Counted from the stretch's first letter, positions 41,710 to 52,721 are shown. The stretch is DNA of 64,000 nt from Neptuniibacter sp. (GCA_049596335.1 JBMYLM010000005.1:11935-75934), one strand, 5' to 3'. Made by a program: numbers and translations. The notes: a model not told the origin generated them from the letters alone.

Positions 41710-42834
41710 ATGTGTCGATATCTGAAATTTTTGCCAATTAGTTTGCTGTTTGTAATCGCTAACTGCGTTGCTACTGAGGAGACTGAAACATCCGTTTCTC
41801 CAGAATCCGCCGCGAGCGGTTCGGCTAACAGCACACCAGTCATACCAAGAACCGAACCTGATATTGACCAAACCATTATCAGCAACCTAAGCAAACTGGC
41901 ATCCCCTGATACTGAATTTCTGCAACTGGATACCAGCAAAAGTGGTGAAAAGCTGTATGCCGTTTATCAAGCGGAAAGCAGTGGTGTACTTCAGGGCGGG
42001 ATCATCATGTTCCCCGATGACAAAACCCACTTTGACTGGCCGGGCGACCTGAATTACCTGCGAACAGGGCTGACTGAATACGGCTGGCACACTCTGGCAA
42101 TCTATCTTCCCCAGATTGAAGCAGCAGCAATTCCAAAGCGCACTTTACCTGTTCTTAAACCAATTCAGCCCTCCCCCCCTGGAGAAGATGGCACAGCTGC
42201 TGAAAACACTGCTGAAGAAACGCCAGTTACTCAAAACGCCGAAGCGCCCAATCCCTCTGCGGAAGACGCTCCTACTCAATCAGCTTCCGAAACAGAAACT
42301 GAAGAATCCAAAGAGCCTTACCATGAACAGGCCATTAGAAAAGCGCAGGCGGCTTATACATATCTTCAACAGCAGGAAACTGAAAGATATATCGTACTAG
42401 GCATTGGCACAGGTGCAATCTGGGCTGCTCAGTATGTTCAGCAATTTCAGGAATCGCAGGATTTGAGGCTGGTTATGATAGATGCCCAGCAACCACAAAA
42501 CACAACAGCTCCAGACCTGTTAAAAATTCTGCCAGAAATTAAGACTACTGTTATCGATCTACACCACAGCGTCAGAATGAACACGGCTGACCGGAACCCA
42601 ATCTCTCCCGAAAGACGCCTGAAAATCGCCCGCCAAAAAGCTTTGACCAACTTCCACCAGAGCCGTTTGCCCGCAACCCGGGATGACTGGAAAAAAGGCA
42701 ACCCCTGGCTTGTTAAACACGTTCGCGGAGTTCTCAACACTTATGTGATCAATGCTGAGAAAATGTCCCGGATGAAAGATAAAGAAATGGACCAAGCAAG
42801 TGATGAACAGGGCCCGGGAGCCCTGAGAAATTAA
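41710..42834 (+). CDS. Hypothetical exported protein or lipoprotein with an acidic Pro/Glu/Thr-rich linker (possibly DUF3530-like)
   Basis: MCRYLKFLPISLLFVIANC looks like a signal peptide with a lipobox-like IANC. The globular parts flank a PSPPGEDGTAAENTAEETPVTQNAEAPNPSAEDAPTQSASETETEE linker. The family assignment is weak. The track start at 41620 overlaps rpe and is unlikely. Confidence 0.5.
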   Translation: MCRYLKFLPISLLFVIANCVATEETETSVSPESAASGSANSTPVIPRTEPDIDQTIISNLSKLASPDTEFLQLDTSKSGEKLYAVYQAESSGVLQGGIIMFPDDKTHFDWPGDLNYLRTGLTEYGWHTLAIYLPQIEAAAIPKRTLPVLKPIQPSPPGEDGTAAENTAEETPVTQNAEAPNPSAEDAPTQSASETETEESKEPYHEQAIRKAQAAYTYLQQQETERYIVLGIGTGAIWAAQYVQQFQESQDLRLVMIDAQQPQNTTAPDLLKILPEIKTTVIDLHHSVRMNTADRNPISPERRLKIARQKALTNFHQSRLPATRDDWKKGNPWLVKHVRGVLNTYVINAEKMSRMKDKEMDQASDEQGPGALRN

Positions 42835-43656
42835 TTATTTGCGGGCCGCTTTGATACGTTCGTAGGCGGCCTGAATTTCCTGAGACTTTTCTTTAGCCAG
42901 CTCGATCATCTCTTCTGGCAAACCTTTAGAAACCAACTTATCGGGATGGTGCTGACTCATCTGACGTCGGTAGGCTTTCTTTACCTCAGCATCTGAAGCG
43001 GAATCCTCAACACCAAGAACCGCATAAGCATCTTTCAGGAGAACTTCACTATCGACTCCCGCCTGGCCATGCTGATAAAAATCCCGTTGGGCTTTAACAC
43101 GGGCAATCACTTCTTCAACGGTATCTGCACCAAAATCGAGATAATCGCAGACTTCTTCAATCACCCGCATCTCGGGCGAGCTTACCTCTCCATCGGCCAT
43201 TGCGGTTTGCAGAAGAATCTCTACAAACATCAACTTCACTGAGGGTCTGTGTTTTAACATCATCCCCAAAGGACGGATCAGACGAGAAAGATCCAGATCG
43301 GCGTCTTTACCTTCGGTGAAATACTCAATTGCCTGACGCTTCCTCGATTCATCGAGTCGCATCTGCAGCATGACATCGCGCGCAAACTGAATCTCATCTT
43401 CAGTAACACGACCATCCGCTTTTGCAATGCGCCCCATAACGGTAAAAGTCGCCTTAAAGAATGCTTCTTGCGGATTAATCGAGCGCACAATACCACGCAG
43501 TCCCCGGCTAATCAGAAAACCAACGAAGCCACCAAAAATCAGCCCCCATAAACCACCTGTGAACAGCCCAATAAGACCACCCAGCAAAATGGACGTAGAG
43601 TGTGATTTAAGTGTGTTTCCTAGTTCAGCACCTTTTTGTTCCGCATCAAAGGCCAT
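42835..43656 (-). CDS. djlA: Membrane-anchored co-chaperone DjlA
   Basis: N-terminal TM/Gly-rich segment, a TerB-like middle domain and a C-terminal J-domain (AYAVLGV...YRRQMSQHHPDKL). Confidence 0.9.
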   Translation of the reverse strand: MAFDAEQKGAELGNTLKSHSTSILLGGLIGLFTGGLWGLIFGGFVGFLISRGLRGIVRSINPQEAFFKATFTVMGRIAKADGRVTEDEIQFARDVMLQMRLDESRKRQAIEYFTEGKDADLDLSRLIRPLGMMLKHRPSVKLMFVEILLQTAMADGEVSSPEMRVIEEVCDYLDFGADTVEEVIARVKAQRDFYQHGQAGVDSEVLLKDAYAVLGVEDSASDAEVKKAYRRQMSQHHPDKLVSKGLPEEMIELAKEKSQEIQAAYERIKAARK

Positions 43657-44329
43657 CTATTTTCTGCTCCCTGACCAAACGATCAATTTCCTGCAATCTT
43701 TCTGGAGTACCCACATCCAGCCAATAACCATCAAATACTTCACCTTTCACGCCACCTTTGGCAATTGCACCCCGTAACAAAGGTGCCAGTGGTTCCGGCT
43801 TATTCAATTCGAGATCTGTAAACATATCCGCTGATAGTACACTGATACCGCTGAAAGTGTATTTCTCAGCGTTCTCTGGCAATACATCTGCCGCACTAAG
43901 ACAAAAATCACCTTTTGGGTTATGTTCCGGATTTGGCACTAACACCAGATAATTAGTCTCAGTTTTAAGCAGCCTTTCGAATGGATAGTTGGTAAAAATA
44001 TCACCGTTGATTATGAGAAAGCGTTCTTCTCCTTCATCCGTCAGGAGGGGCAATGCCTTACGAATACCTCCTGCGGTTTCTAAAGGCTCTGATTCCGCTG
44101 AATATTGCAGACAGACCCCGAAACGCTCACCTGATCCCAGGTATGCTTCTATCTGGTTCCCAAGCCAGGCATGATTAATCACAATATTCCGGATACCGAC
44201 AGCTGCCAATCTCCGAATGTGGTATTCAATCAGAGGCACATCATTAATTGTCAGCAGAGGCTTTGGGGTATTGAGCGTCAAGGGCCGCATTCTTGTACCC
44301 AGACCCGCAGCCAGAATCATCGCTTTCAT
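43646..44329 (-). CDS. murU: N-acetylmuramate alpha-1-phosphate uridylyltransferase (MurU-type nucleotidyltransferase)
   Basis: MKAMILAAGLGTRMRPLT is a sugar-nucleotidyltransferase N-terminus. ATGA overlap with the upstream kinase gene. Same amgK-murU pairing next to lptD as in Pseudomonas. Confidence 0.8.
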   Translation of the reverse strand: MKAMILAAGLGTRMRPLTLNTPKPLLTINDVPLIEYHIRRLAAVGIRNIVINHAWLGNQIEAYLGSGERFGVCLQYSAESEPLETAGGIRKALPLLTDEGEERFLIINGDIFTNYPFERLLKTETNYLVLVPNPEHNPKGDFCLSAADVLPENAEKYTFSGISVLSADMFTDLELNKPEPLAPLLRGAIAKGGVKGEVFDGYWLDVGTPERLQEIDRLVREQKIDGL

Positions 44330-45396
44330 TTCTGCAACCACTGATCCAATAGGTTATCTGTAAAGTGCTCACTGGAATACATAGCTGGGATTACTTTATC
44401 CACCAGCCACTGAGCCGTCGGTTCCAACTCATAGTTTTTTCTAGTGACGGCCAGAAGATAAGATAATGTACGCGGGATATCACCCAGATAACCGGTCTTA
44501 CCATCACGAATAAGTAAACGCGAGAATATGCCAATCGCTTTTAAATGACGCTGAGAACCCATCAGGTCAAACCAGCGCTGGAAATGCTGCTGATCAGGCA
44601 TCACCCTGCCAGACTCAACCAGTTTAAGCCGATACTCTTCAACCCATCGATACACCTGTTCATCTGGCCAGGCGATATAACAATCCCGAAGTAGGGATAC
44701 AAGGTCATAGGTTATGGGGCCTCTGACAGCATCCTGAAAATCGATAACGCCCGGGCTGGCATCAGGGCGGTACATAATATTACGGGAGTGATAATCCCGG
44801 TGAACAAAGACAGTTGGCTGCTCTAATGCGCAATCAATTACATAGTGAAACAGTCGTTCAACCTCAAAATGATCAGTTTCATCCAGCTCAAGCCCTAACA
44901 ATTTCATCAGGAACCACTCTCTGAACAACTCAACCTCTCGTGTTAACAGAGCGTGATCATAGGGAGGCAACGAACCATTCAGCAGATCCGGACATTGCTG
45001 AATTAAAAGCAATTCATTAAGTGCATCGGAATATAACCGATCGACACTATTCTCATTCAGGTGGCTAAGATAGAGCTCATCGCCGAGATCACCCAGCAAC
45101 ATAAAACCATGATCAAAATCGAACTCATGTACTTTAGGAACGGAAACCCCCTGCTTCGCCAAAGTTTCAGCGACAGCGATAAAAGGTTTACTGTCTTCTT
45201 TCTCAGGCGGGGCATCGACCGCTATCCAGCTATTTGAACCGGAAAGGACCCGAAAATACCGACGAAAACTCGCATCCCCGGAAACAGGAACCACCTGCCA
45301 TTGCTGCTGATCAAACCCCGGGTACCCGGGCATATGCTCATGCAACCAATCCTTAAGCTGATCTAAACGCTGATCCACCCAATTTCTCCAAACCAA
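44326..45396 (-). CDS. amgK: Anomeric MurNAc/GlcNAc kinase (AmgK-type aminoglycoside-phosphotransferase fold)
   Basis: APH-fold motifs (VHRDYHSRNIM, IDFQDA) and synteny divergent from lptD. TTG start in the track; the true start is uncertain. Confidence 0.78.
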   Translation of the reverse strand: MVWRNWVDQRLDQLKDWLHEHMPGYPGFDQQQWQVVPVSGDASFRRYFRVLSGSNSWIAVDAPPEKEDSKPFIAVAETLAKQGVSVPKVHEFDFDHGFMLLGDLGDELYLSHLNENSVDRLYSDALNELLLIQQCPDLLNGSLPPYDHALLTREVELFREWFLMKLLGLELDETDHFEVERLFHYVIDCALEQPTVFVHRDYHSRNIMYRPDASPGVIDFQDAVRGPITYDLVSLLRDCYIAWPDEQVYRWVEEYRLKLVESGRVMPDQQHFQRWFDLMGSQRHLKAIGIFSRLLIRDGKTGYLGDIPRTLSYLLAVTRKNYELEPTAQWLVDKVIPAMYSSEHFTDNLLDQWLQK

Positions 45397-45615
45397 ATTT
45401 CCAATTTTTATAATGCGCCGTATTATGACATCCAGCTAAGAAAAAGATATTTCGAAAAAGCTTATTTATACCTTTCTATTCACTGATATAAATAGTCGAC
45501 TAGTCTACACTCGCCGCAGAGAATGATTTATCATGCAGCGTTTTAATCCATAAAATGACAGGGTTCGGTGTCACACCGGATCATTGGATGCAGCAAAAAC
45601 GGATTTAGTTAACTG

Positions 45616-48342
45616 ATGCCCTTTGCGAAACGATCCACCTACACTCTAACCCTCGCTGTAAGCGCTGCTCTAGTCTCCAGTTACTCATTGGCAGAATCGG
45701 CACCAGCATCTCCAGAAATGGCCTGGAGTTGTTCAATGACTAAAGAGGGAGAGTGGAACTGCGAAGTCAACGAAGAGTTCGCTGCAGAAACAGAAAATAA
45801 CGCTGTTGAAAGCTCCGACGTAAACTCGACCAAATCAACCCAGAGCTCAACAAAGCCTGCTACAGAAACTGCCATTGTGGAACCTGCATCGCCAGCGACA
45901 CCACAATCAGTTGAAGCGGTTCGGCCCACTTCAGCTCCAGCCACTTCGAATACAGCGGTTACAGAGCCAGCCAATCAGGCACAAATGCCATCTAATGTAG
46001 CTGTTCAACAACAGGTCATTGGCGATGAATGGCAGTGTGCTGCAAACAGCAATAATGAATGGGAATGTCAAAAAACCGAGATCTTCGCATCTGCTTTGCC
46101 ATTCACTACTGTTTCTGAAGAACGTGCAGCCGTTCAACAATATATAAAAGAGAATCCTTACTCGAGGCTTGATTGGGTTTATTACCAGAACCGCGCTCAT
46201 CAGCAATGTGCGGGGCAATATCTGGAGCCACAATTTCCTGTATTCGGAGACGAAAATCTGGCCGAGCCCCCTCTGTATCTGGAAGCGGCTCAGTCTTCAT
46301 CGGTTATAGGTGGTTTAACGCAACTTCAAGGTGGCGTGAATATGCGTCAAGGCTCACGAAGAGTCAGCTCAATCAGCGCTGAAGTTGATCAGGTTACCAA
46401 TAAAGCCAGGCTGGAAGGTGATGTCAGGTATCGTGAACCTGGGTTATTAATGCTCAGTGACAATGCCCAGATTGATACTGTCACAAACGAAGCTATATTC
46501 AGCAGTGCCGAATTTGTTATGCACGAAGAAAACTTTCGTGGCACAGCAGAACGTATCATTCACCTGGAAGATGAACGCATCCGTTTGGAACAAGGCAACT
46601 ACACCTACTGCCCACCATTCAGCAAGGCCTGGGGGCTCGAAGCAGAAAGCACCGTTCTAAATAGAGAAGAGGGCTTCGGCGTCGCTGAAGATGCAGTGCT
46701 TCGGGTTGCAGGCGTCCCAGTACTTTACACCCCTTATTTTAGTTTTCCTCTGGATGACACTAGAAAATCAGGTTTTCTTGTACCAAGCCTGAGTTATAGC
46801 GATGACAGCGGGATTGATCTGGCAATTCCTTATTACTTCAACATCGCTCCAAATATGGACGATACCTTTACCCCAAGGTACATTTCTGACCGCGGACTAC
46901 TTCTGCAAAATGAATTCCGCTACCTGAACAACTGGTCCATAAATGAGCTGAATGCTTCCTACCTTCCAGACGATGACGCTTATGGTGATGATCGTTGGTT
47001 ATTGGCATTCGATCACACAGGAAAGTTCGCTGAAAAATGGAGCAGCAGAATTGATTACACATCGGTCAGCGACAATGAGTATTTTGAAGATCTGACCTCA
47101 GATCTGGATGTTCAACGTGAAGACCATCTTGATCAGAATGCTGCGATTGTTTATTCGGGCAATGGCTGGAAAGCTGAGCTGGAAGTGCATGACTATCAAA
47201 CAATTGACGGGACTGCACCATACAAGTTATTGCCACAGTTTACAATTTCAGGCCGCCAAGGTTTCCAAAACAACATCAGTCTGAACTATCTTGCTGAACT
47301 GACTCGCTTTGATCGTGATCTTGATGGGCTGACTGGAGCCAACAGAGTTGTAGGCGACCGTGTTCACTTTAACCCCTCTCTGCAATATCTATGGCAACGG
47401 CCATGGGGTTATATGAGACCTCGCGTCTCTCTATGGAGTAGCAGCTATTCGCTGGATAATCAGCTAACAGGTTTTGAAAGTTCTCCTGATATCAGTGCAG
47501 CGATTGCAAGTGTTGACAGCGGTTTATACTTCGACCGAGATCTTGCCAATGGCGGAACTCATACTCTGGAACCACGTTTATTTGCTCTCTTTGTACCCGA
47601 AGAAGATCACAGTGCCGTTCCAGATTTTGATACATCAAGATACACATTCAACTATGGTTATCTGTTCCGAGAGAACCGTTTCAGTGGTAAAGATCGTTTG
47701 GGGGATGCTGAACAGATATCACTGGGTGTGACGACCCGATATATCACCGCTACAGGCATGGAAAAAGCCAATTTCCAGATTGGTCAGGCTTACTACTTTT
47801 CTGACCGGGAAGTACAACTGAGTAATGCAACTGCTGCGGAAACAAGCAGCCAGAGTGATATAGCCACCAGAGCTACATGGTATCCAAGTAAAAACACCAA
47901 AACATACCTGGACACTGTACTGAACAGCAGCGACTATAAAGTTCAGTCCTCAACTCTGGGTCTAAAATACAACAGAGATTACGATCATGTTGTTAACTTC
48001 CGTTATAGGTTTACTGATTCCAGCAGAGAACAGGCTGACCTTTCTTATATCTGGCCGCTATCCACCCACTGGACCTCGATGGGGCGCTTGCTTTACGACA
48101 TAAGAGGCAACGAAACGGAAGAAGCATCACTTGGGTTTGAATATGAAAGTTGTTGCTGGAAAGTAAGCCTTGCCGGCCGACACTGGCTGGACGGCACTGA
48201 GCCTAATGGCAGCAACAAATATGATTACGGCATTTTCCTGCAACTAACCCTGAAAGGGCTTGGTTCATTTGGCAGCGGAGACAAGGGCTTCCTTGATGAC
48301 ATTATTGGTTACGAAGAGCGTGAAGAACAAAATGAAAACTAA
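45616..48342 (+). CDS. lptD: LPS-assembly outer-membrane protein LptD with an extended N-terminal region
   Basis: 908 aa: signal peptide, a ~130-aa low-complexity/Cys-motif insert, the OstA N-domain and a large beta-barrel with a C-terminal CC pair (FEYESCCWK). Confidence 0.95.
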   Translation: MPFAKRSTYTLTLAVSAALVSSYSLAESAPASPEMAWSCSMTKEGEWNCEVNEEFAAETENNAVESSDVNSTKSTQSSTKPATETAIVEPASPATPQSVEAVRPTSAPATSNTAVTEPANQAQMPSNVAVQQQVIGDEWQCAANSNNEWECQKTEIFASALPFTTVSEERAAVQQYIKENPYSRLDWVYYQNRAHQQCAGQYLEPQFPVFGDENLAEPPLYLEAAQSSSVIGGLTQLQGGVNMRQGSRRVSSISAEVDQVTNKARLEGDVRYREPGLLMLSDNAQIDTVTNEAIFSSAEFVMHEENFRGTAERIIHLEDERIRLEQGNYTYCPPFSKAWGLEAESTVLNREEGFGVAEDAVLRVAGVPVLYTPYFSFPLDDTRKSGFLVPSLSYSDDSGIDLAIPYYFNIAPNMDDTFTPRYISDRGLLLQNEFRYLNNWSINELNASYLPDDDAYGDDRWLLAFDHTGKFAEKWSSRIDYTSVSDNEYFEDLTSDLDVQREDHLDQNAAIVYSGNGWKAELEVHDYQTIDGTAPYKLLPQFTISGRQGFQNNISLNYLAELTRFDRDLDGLTGANRVVGDRVHFNPSLQYLWQRPWGYMRPRVSLWSSSYSLDNQLTGFESSPDISAAIASVDSGLYFDRDLANGGTHTLEPRLFALFVPEEDHSAVPDFDTSRYTFNYGYLFRENRFSGKDRLGDAEQISLGVTTRYITATGMEKANFQIGQAYYFSDREVQLSNATAAETSSQSDIATRATWYPSKNTKTYLDTVLNSSDYKVQSSTLGLKYNRDYDHVVNFRYRFTDSSREQADLSYIWPLSTHWTSMGRLLYDIRGNETEEASLGFEYESCCWKVSLAGRHWLDGTEPNGSNKYDYGIFLQLTLKGLGSFGSGDKGFLDDIIGYEEREEQNEN

Positions 48343-49624
48343 ACTTCACAAGTTATTATCACTGGCAGCACTGAGCTTGCTCCTACCCACACAAATAGCT
48401 CAGGCAGAAGCCATCCAGCTTGATAGAATTGCTGCCATCGTCAACGATGGCATAGTAATGCAAAGCGAACTTGACCAACGCATTGCAATTGTTAAAGACC
48501 AACTCTTAGCAAAAAATACGCGATTACCTGCTGATAACATCTTGCGCTCTCAGGTTCTCAACCGTTTAATTCTGGAAAGCATCCAAAAGCAACTCGCGGC
48601 TCAGCAGGGCATCCGTATTTCAGACAGCCAACTGAATACTGCGATCAGCAACATCGCTAAAAGCAATAACATGAGCATTGATCAGTTCCGTGAAGCGTTG
48701 ATCGCTGAAGGTCGTGATTATAATGCCGCTCGAGAGCAGATCCGTAATGAGATGCTGCTACAAAGCCTGCAACAAAACCTTGTAAACCGCCGCATCCGCG
48801 TTTCGGCCCAGGAAATCGAGAATTTCATGAGTTCGGAAGATGGCCAAAGCCAGATTTCTGCTGAATACCTATTGGGCCATATTCTTGTAGCAGTTCCATC
48901 GCAGGCTTCACCAGAGATGATTCAAAGAGCTGAACAAAAAGCCTTAGATATCTATAAAAAGCTTTCCAATGGTGCCGACTTCACTGAACAAGCAATCGCT
49001 AACTCAGATGCCCCTAACGCCCTTAAAGGCGGTGATTTAGGCTGGAGAAAAGTAGCAGAATTACCCGAAACTATCGGTAAATCAGTCAGAAACCTTGCAA
49101 AAGACGAATTCAGCAAACCTATTCGTTCACCGAGTGGTTTCCACATCTTCCTGGCGAGAGATCAACGTGGCGGCAACGTTCAACTGGTTGAGCAACGTCT
49201 TGTAAGTCATATTCTGATCAAACCAAGTGAGATCAGAACAAACACTCAGGCGCGCAGGCAAATCAATGAAATCTATCGCCGCATCAGAGGAGGAGAAAGC
49301 TTTTCCGATCTGGCTAAGGAGTTTAGTGATGATCCAGGCAGCGGTTCCGAAGGTGGGTCTCTGGGTTGGACACAAGACGGCCAGATGGTGCCTGAGTTTG
49401 AACAGGTCATGAATGCTACTGCTGTCGGCGAAGTATCAGAGCCGTTTGAGTCACGCTTCGGCTGGCACATCCTTACTGTTCTGGACCAACGCTCTGAAAA
49501 TATGGCAGAACAGATGCAGGAAAACCGTGCACGCGCTGCGATTCGTAAACGTAAATTCAACGAAGAACTCAGCACCTGGCTAAGAGAGATCCACTCTCAG
49601 GCTTATATTGAAATCAAGGAGTAA
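48332..49624 (+). CDS. surA: Periplasmic chaperone/PPIase SurA
   Basis: Signal peptide [25 protein letters not shown], the SurA N-domain and two parvulin domains (GGDLGW, GGSLGW). Start moved to 48332 (11-nt overlap with lptD). Confidence 0.95.
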   Translation: MKTKLHKLLSLAALSLLLPTQIAQAEAIQLDRIAAIVNDGIVMQSELDQRIAIVKDQLLAKNTRLPADNILRSQVLNRLILESIQKQLAAQQGIRISDSQLNTAISNIAKSNNMSIDQFREALIAEGRDYNAAREQIRNEMLLQSLQQNLVNRRIRVSAQEIENFMSSEDGQSQISAEYLLGHILVAVPSQASPEMIQRAEQKALDIYKKLSNGADFTEQAIANSDAPNALKGGDLGWRKVAELPETIGKSVRNLAKDEFSKPIRSPSGFHIFLARDQRGGNVQLVEQRLVSHILIKPSEIRTNTQARRQINEIYRRIRGGESFSDLAKEFSDDPGSGSEGGSLGWTQDGQMVPEFEQVMNATAVGEVSEPFESRFGWHILTVLDQRSENMAEQMQENRARAAIRKRKFNEELSTWLREIHSQAYIEIKE

Positions 49625-49629
49625 ACGAG

Positions 49630-50622
49630 TTGGGAATTAACCGACTGGTTCTTACTCCTGGTGAACCTGCAGGTATTGGGCCTGATCTGTGTATTCAGAT
49701 GGCCCAACAGGGCCATAACGATGAATTGGTTGTTGTTGCTGATCCATACCTGATGCGCGAAAGAGCAGCCCAGCTTCAGTTACCCTTATCACTGGAGCAA
49801 TTTGACCCTGAACGTTCGCCAGAACCAACACCCGCTCGTAGTTTAAAAATTCTACCCGTGCCTTTGGCTGCGGAAGTAGTGCCCGGCGAGCTCAACAGTG
49901 CCAATGCAAACTATGTTTTAAGTACATTAACAGCAGCAACACAAGGCTGCCTTGATGGAACATTTTCAGCTTTGATTACCGCCCCTGTGCATAAAGGCAT
50001 AATCAATGATGCGGGCATACCTTTCAGCGGGCATACCGAATTTCTGGAAGAACTGACCCACACTTCAAAAGTAGTCATGATGCTGGCGACTGAAGGCCTC
50101 CGGGTAGCATTAGCAACAACCCACCTGCCTCTCAAAGACATTTCGGACGCCATAACAGAAGAGCTCCTAACAGAAGTTATCGAAGTGCTGAATACCGACC
50201 TGATCAACAGCTTCGGGATTGAGAAACCCTCAATACTGGTTACCGGGCTGAATCCACATGCGGGTGAAGGCGGACATTTAGGGCACGAAGAGATAGATAC
50301 AATTATCCCGACTCTGGATAAGCTCAGACAAAAAGGCATCAACCTCAACGGCCCACTTCCTGCTGACACACTCTTCACGGACAAATACCTGAAAACAGCC
50401 GATGCTGTTTTAGCGATGTATCACGATCAGGGCTTGCCAGTGCTAAAATACAAAGGTTTTGGCAATGCCGTAAATATCACTCTGGGTATGCCAATTATTC
50501 GTACATCTGTAGATCATGGCACCGCTCTGGATCTGGCTGGCACAGGTAAAGCTGACTGCGGCAGCCTGCTGACGGCAATAAAATATGCTGGTGAGATGGC
50601 TCACCACCGCAATCAGAATTAA
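49630..50622 (+). CDS. pdxA: 4-hydroxythreonine-4-phosphate dehydrogenase
   Basis: [27 protein letters not shown] and [15 protein letters not shown] start. Confidence 0.95.
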   Translation: MGINRLVLTPGEPAGIGPDLCIQMAQQGHNDELVVVADPYLMRERAAQLQLPLSLEQFDPERSPEPTPARSLKILPVPLAAEVVPGELNSANANYVLSTLTAATQGCLDGTFSALITAPVHKGIINDAGIPFSGHTEFLEELTHTSKVVMMLATEGLRVALATTHLPLKDISDAITEELLTEVIEVLNTDLINSFGIEKPSILVTGLNPHAGEGGHLGHEEIDTIIPTLDKLRQKGINLNGPLPADTLFTDKYLKTADAVLAMYHDQGLPVLKYKGFGNAVNITLGMPIIRTSVDHGTALDLAGTGKADCGSLLTAIKYAGEMAHHRNQN

Positions 50623-50627
50623 GTTAT

Positions 50628-51446
50628 ATGACTAAGAAGCCTGTAGCGCATAAAGCCCGTAAACGATTTGGGCAAAATTTCCTGCATGACCATGGAATTA
50701 TCCGCCGAATCATTCGTTCCATTGCTCCACATGAATCGGACTGCATGGTTGAGATTGGGCCAGGATTAGGCGCTTTGACGGAAGAGATTCTGGCAGAAGC
50801 CGGCGAGTTAGATGCCATCGAACTGGACCGTGATCTCCCCCCTATCCTGCGCACCAAGTTTTTTAGTTACGGAGATAAATTTCGCATCCACGAAGCAGAT
50901 GCAATGAAATTCGATTTCTCTGTTCTTCGCAGAGGTGATAAGCAATTAAGAGTGGTAGGCAACCTACCCTATAACATATCTACACAGCTGATCTTCCACC
51001 TTCTCAGCCATGCCGAAAATATTCAGGACATGCACTTCATGCTGCAAAAAGAGGTGGTTGATCGCATGGCTGCTGGACCAGGTGAGAATAACTACGGTCG
51101 CCTTGGCATCATGACCCAGTATTATTGCCAGGTTGAATCCCTGTTTGTTGTGCCACCAGGAGCATTCAACCCAGCCCCTAAAGTTGATTCAGCTATCATC
51201 CGGCTGACACCCTACAAAGAGCTACCTTTTGTTGCATTAGACGTTAAGCAACTGGAAACCGTCGTCAGAACAGCATTTAATATGAGAAGAAAGACCCTAA
51301 GGAATAATCTCAAGCCTCTTATGAGTGCGGAAGAGCTGGAGCAACTGAGCATTGATCCATCCTTACGCCCGGAAAAACTTCCGGTTGCCAGCTTTGTAGC
51401 CATTAGCAACTACCTTACAGAGAAACAAGCTGCCTGCGATGAGTAA
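50628..51446 (+). CDS. rsmA: 16S rRNA (adenine1518/1519-N6)-dimethyltransferase RsmA/KsgA
   Basis: KRFGQNFLHD, EIGPGLGALT and NLPYNIST. Confidence 0.96.
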   Translation: MTKKPVAHKARKRFGQNFLHDHGIIRRIIRSIAPHESDCMVEIGPGLGALTEEILAEAGELDAIELDRDLPPILRTKFFSYGDKFRIHEADAMKFDFSVLRRGDKQLRVVGNLPYNISTQLIFHLLSHAENIQDMHFMLQKEVVDRMAAGPGENNYGRLGIMTQYYCQVESLFVVPPGAFNPAPKVDSAIIRLTPYKELPFVALDVKQLETVVRTAFNMRRKTLRNNLKPLMSAEELEQLSIDPSLRPEKLPVASFVAISNYLTEKQAACDE

Positions 51447-51834
51447 AGTAGAAAATTCAAATTACAGTGATTATGTAAACATAGAAGTGACAACTCACTA
51501 TCTGGACAAACAATCTGATCCAGATAGTAAACGCTATGTTTTTTCATACCATATCACCATCACCAACCATAATCCGGTGCCGGTTCAATTATTGAATCGC
51601 CAGTGGTTGATTACGGATGGCAACCAACACGTACAGGAAGTTAAAGGCGAAGGCGTGGTTGGAGAGCAACCTCTGATTGAGCCCGAATCAAGCTACTCTT
51701 ATACCAGCGGTGCGGTACTGGCCACCAGCGTGGGCAGTATGCAGGGCTACTATGAGATGGTTACGGAAGAAGGCGAACTCTTTAAAGCGCCAATCCCAGC
51801 GTTTACACTAGCAAGACCAAACGCACTTCATTAA
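51439..51834 (+). CDS. apaG: ApaG (DUF525) protein
   Basis: 131 aa with YSITITNHN-like and GEGVVGEQP motifs. Lies between rsmA and apaH. Confidence 0.93.
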   Translation: MSKVENSNYSDYVNIEVTTHYLDKQSDPDSKRYVFSYHITITNHNPVPVQLLNRQWLITDGNQHVQEVKGEGVVGEQPLIEPESSYSYTSGAVLATSVGSMQGYYEMVTEEGELFKAPIPAFTLARPNALH

Positions 51835-51857
51835 AAGCAACAACAAGAGCATGTCTG

Positions 51858-52718
51858 ATGGCTACCTATGCAATTGGTGATATTCAAGGATGCTTTGATG
51901 AATTCCAGCAACTTCTGAAGTTGATCGGCTTCACTGAAGACGATCACTTACTGATTGCCGGTGACCTAGTTAATCGCGGCCCAAAATCGCTTGAAACCCT
52001 GAGATACATTAAAAACCTTGGTGATCAGGCCACCATTGTACTGGGCAATCACGACCTACATCTGCTGGCTGTCCACTACGGCGCAGTGACGCCAAAGCGC
52101 GCTGATACTTTACACGGGATAATTGAAGCGCCCGATCGCCAAGAGCTTATGGATTGGTTGCGCAAGCAAAAGCTTATGGTCTTCAATCAGGAATTTAATG
52201 CCGTTTTAGTTCATGCGGGTATCCCGCCCTGTTGGACCATTAAAAAAGCCAAAAAACGCGCTAAAGAAGTCGAAGCCATTCTCAAAAGCACTCTGGCGCG
52301 TGAATTTTTCCAGCACATGTACGGAAACAAACCAGATTGCTGGTCAGGCAAATATGAAGGCTGGGATAGGTTAAGATTGATCACCAACTACTTCACCCGA
52401 ATGAGATTCTGCACACCCGAAGGCAAGCTTGATTTTAGCGCAAAAGGTACATTAGAGTCGCAACCGCCCGGTCATCAGCCCTGGTTCAAACTGAGCCGAA
52501 AAGACCCAATGGAGCAGGATATCCAGATCCTTTTTGGGCATTGGGCAGCCTTAGAAGGATATGCCGAAACGGAAAATGTAGTCGCACTGGATACCGGATG
52601 CGTTTGGGGCAATAAGCTTTCTGCCCTCAGGCTCGAAGACAAGCAGATGTTCAGCGTACCTGCTGCAGAACCCAAATTCACACCACCACCCACCAGCCAC
52701 TACCTCTATGGAAGGTGA
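51858..52718 (+). CDS. apaH: Bis(5'-nucleosyl)-tetraphosphatase, symmetrical
   Basis: YAIGDIQGC, GDLVNRGP and GNHD metallophosphatase motifs. Confidence 0.95.
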   Translation: MATYAIGDIQGCFDEFQQLLKLIGFTEDDHLLIAGDLVNRGPKSLETLRYIKNLGDQATIVLGNHDLHLLAVHYGAVTPKRADTLHGIIEAPDRQELMDWLRKQKLMVFNQEFNAVLVHAGIPPCWTIKKAKKRAKEVEAILKSTLAREFFQHMYGNKPDCWSGKYEGWDRLRLITNYFTRMRFCTPEGKLDFSAKGTLESQPPGHQPWFKLSRKDPMEQDIQILFGHWAALEGYAETENVVALDTGCVWGNKLSALRLEDKQMFSVPAAEPKFTPPPTSHYLYGR

Positions 52719-52721
52719 AAG

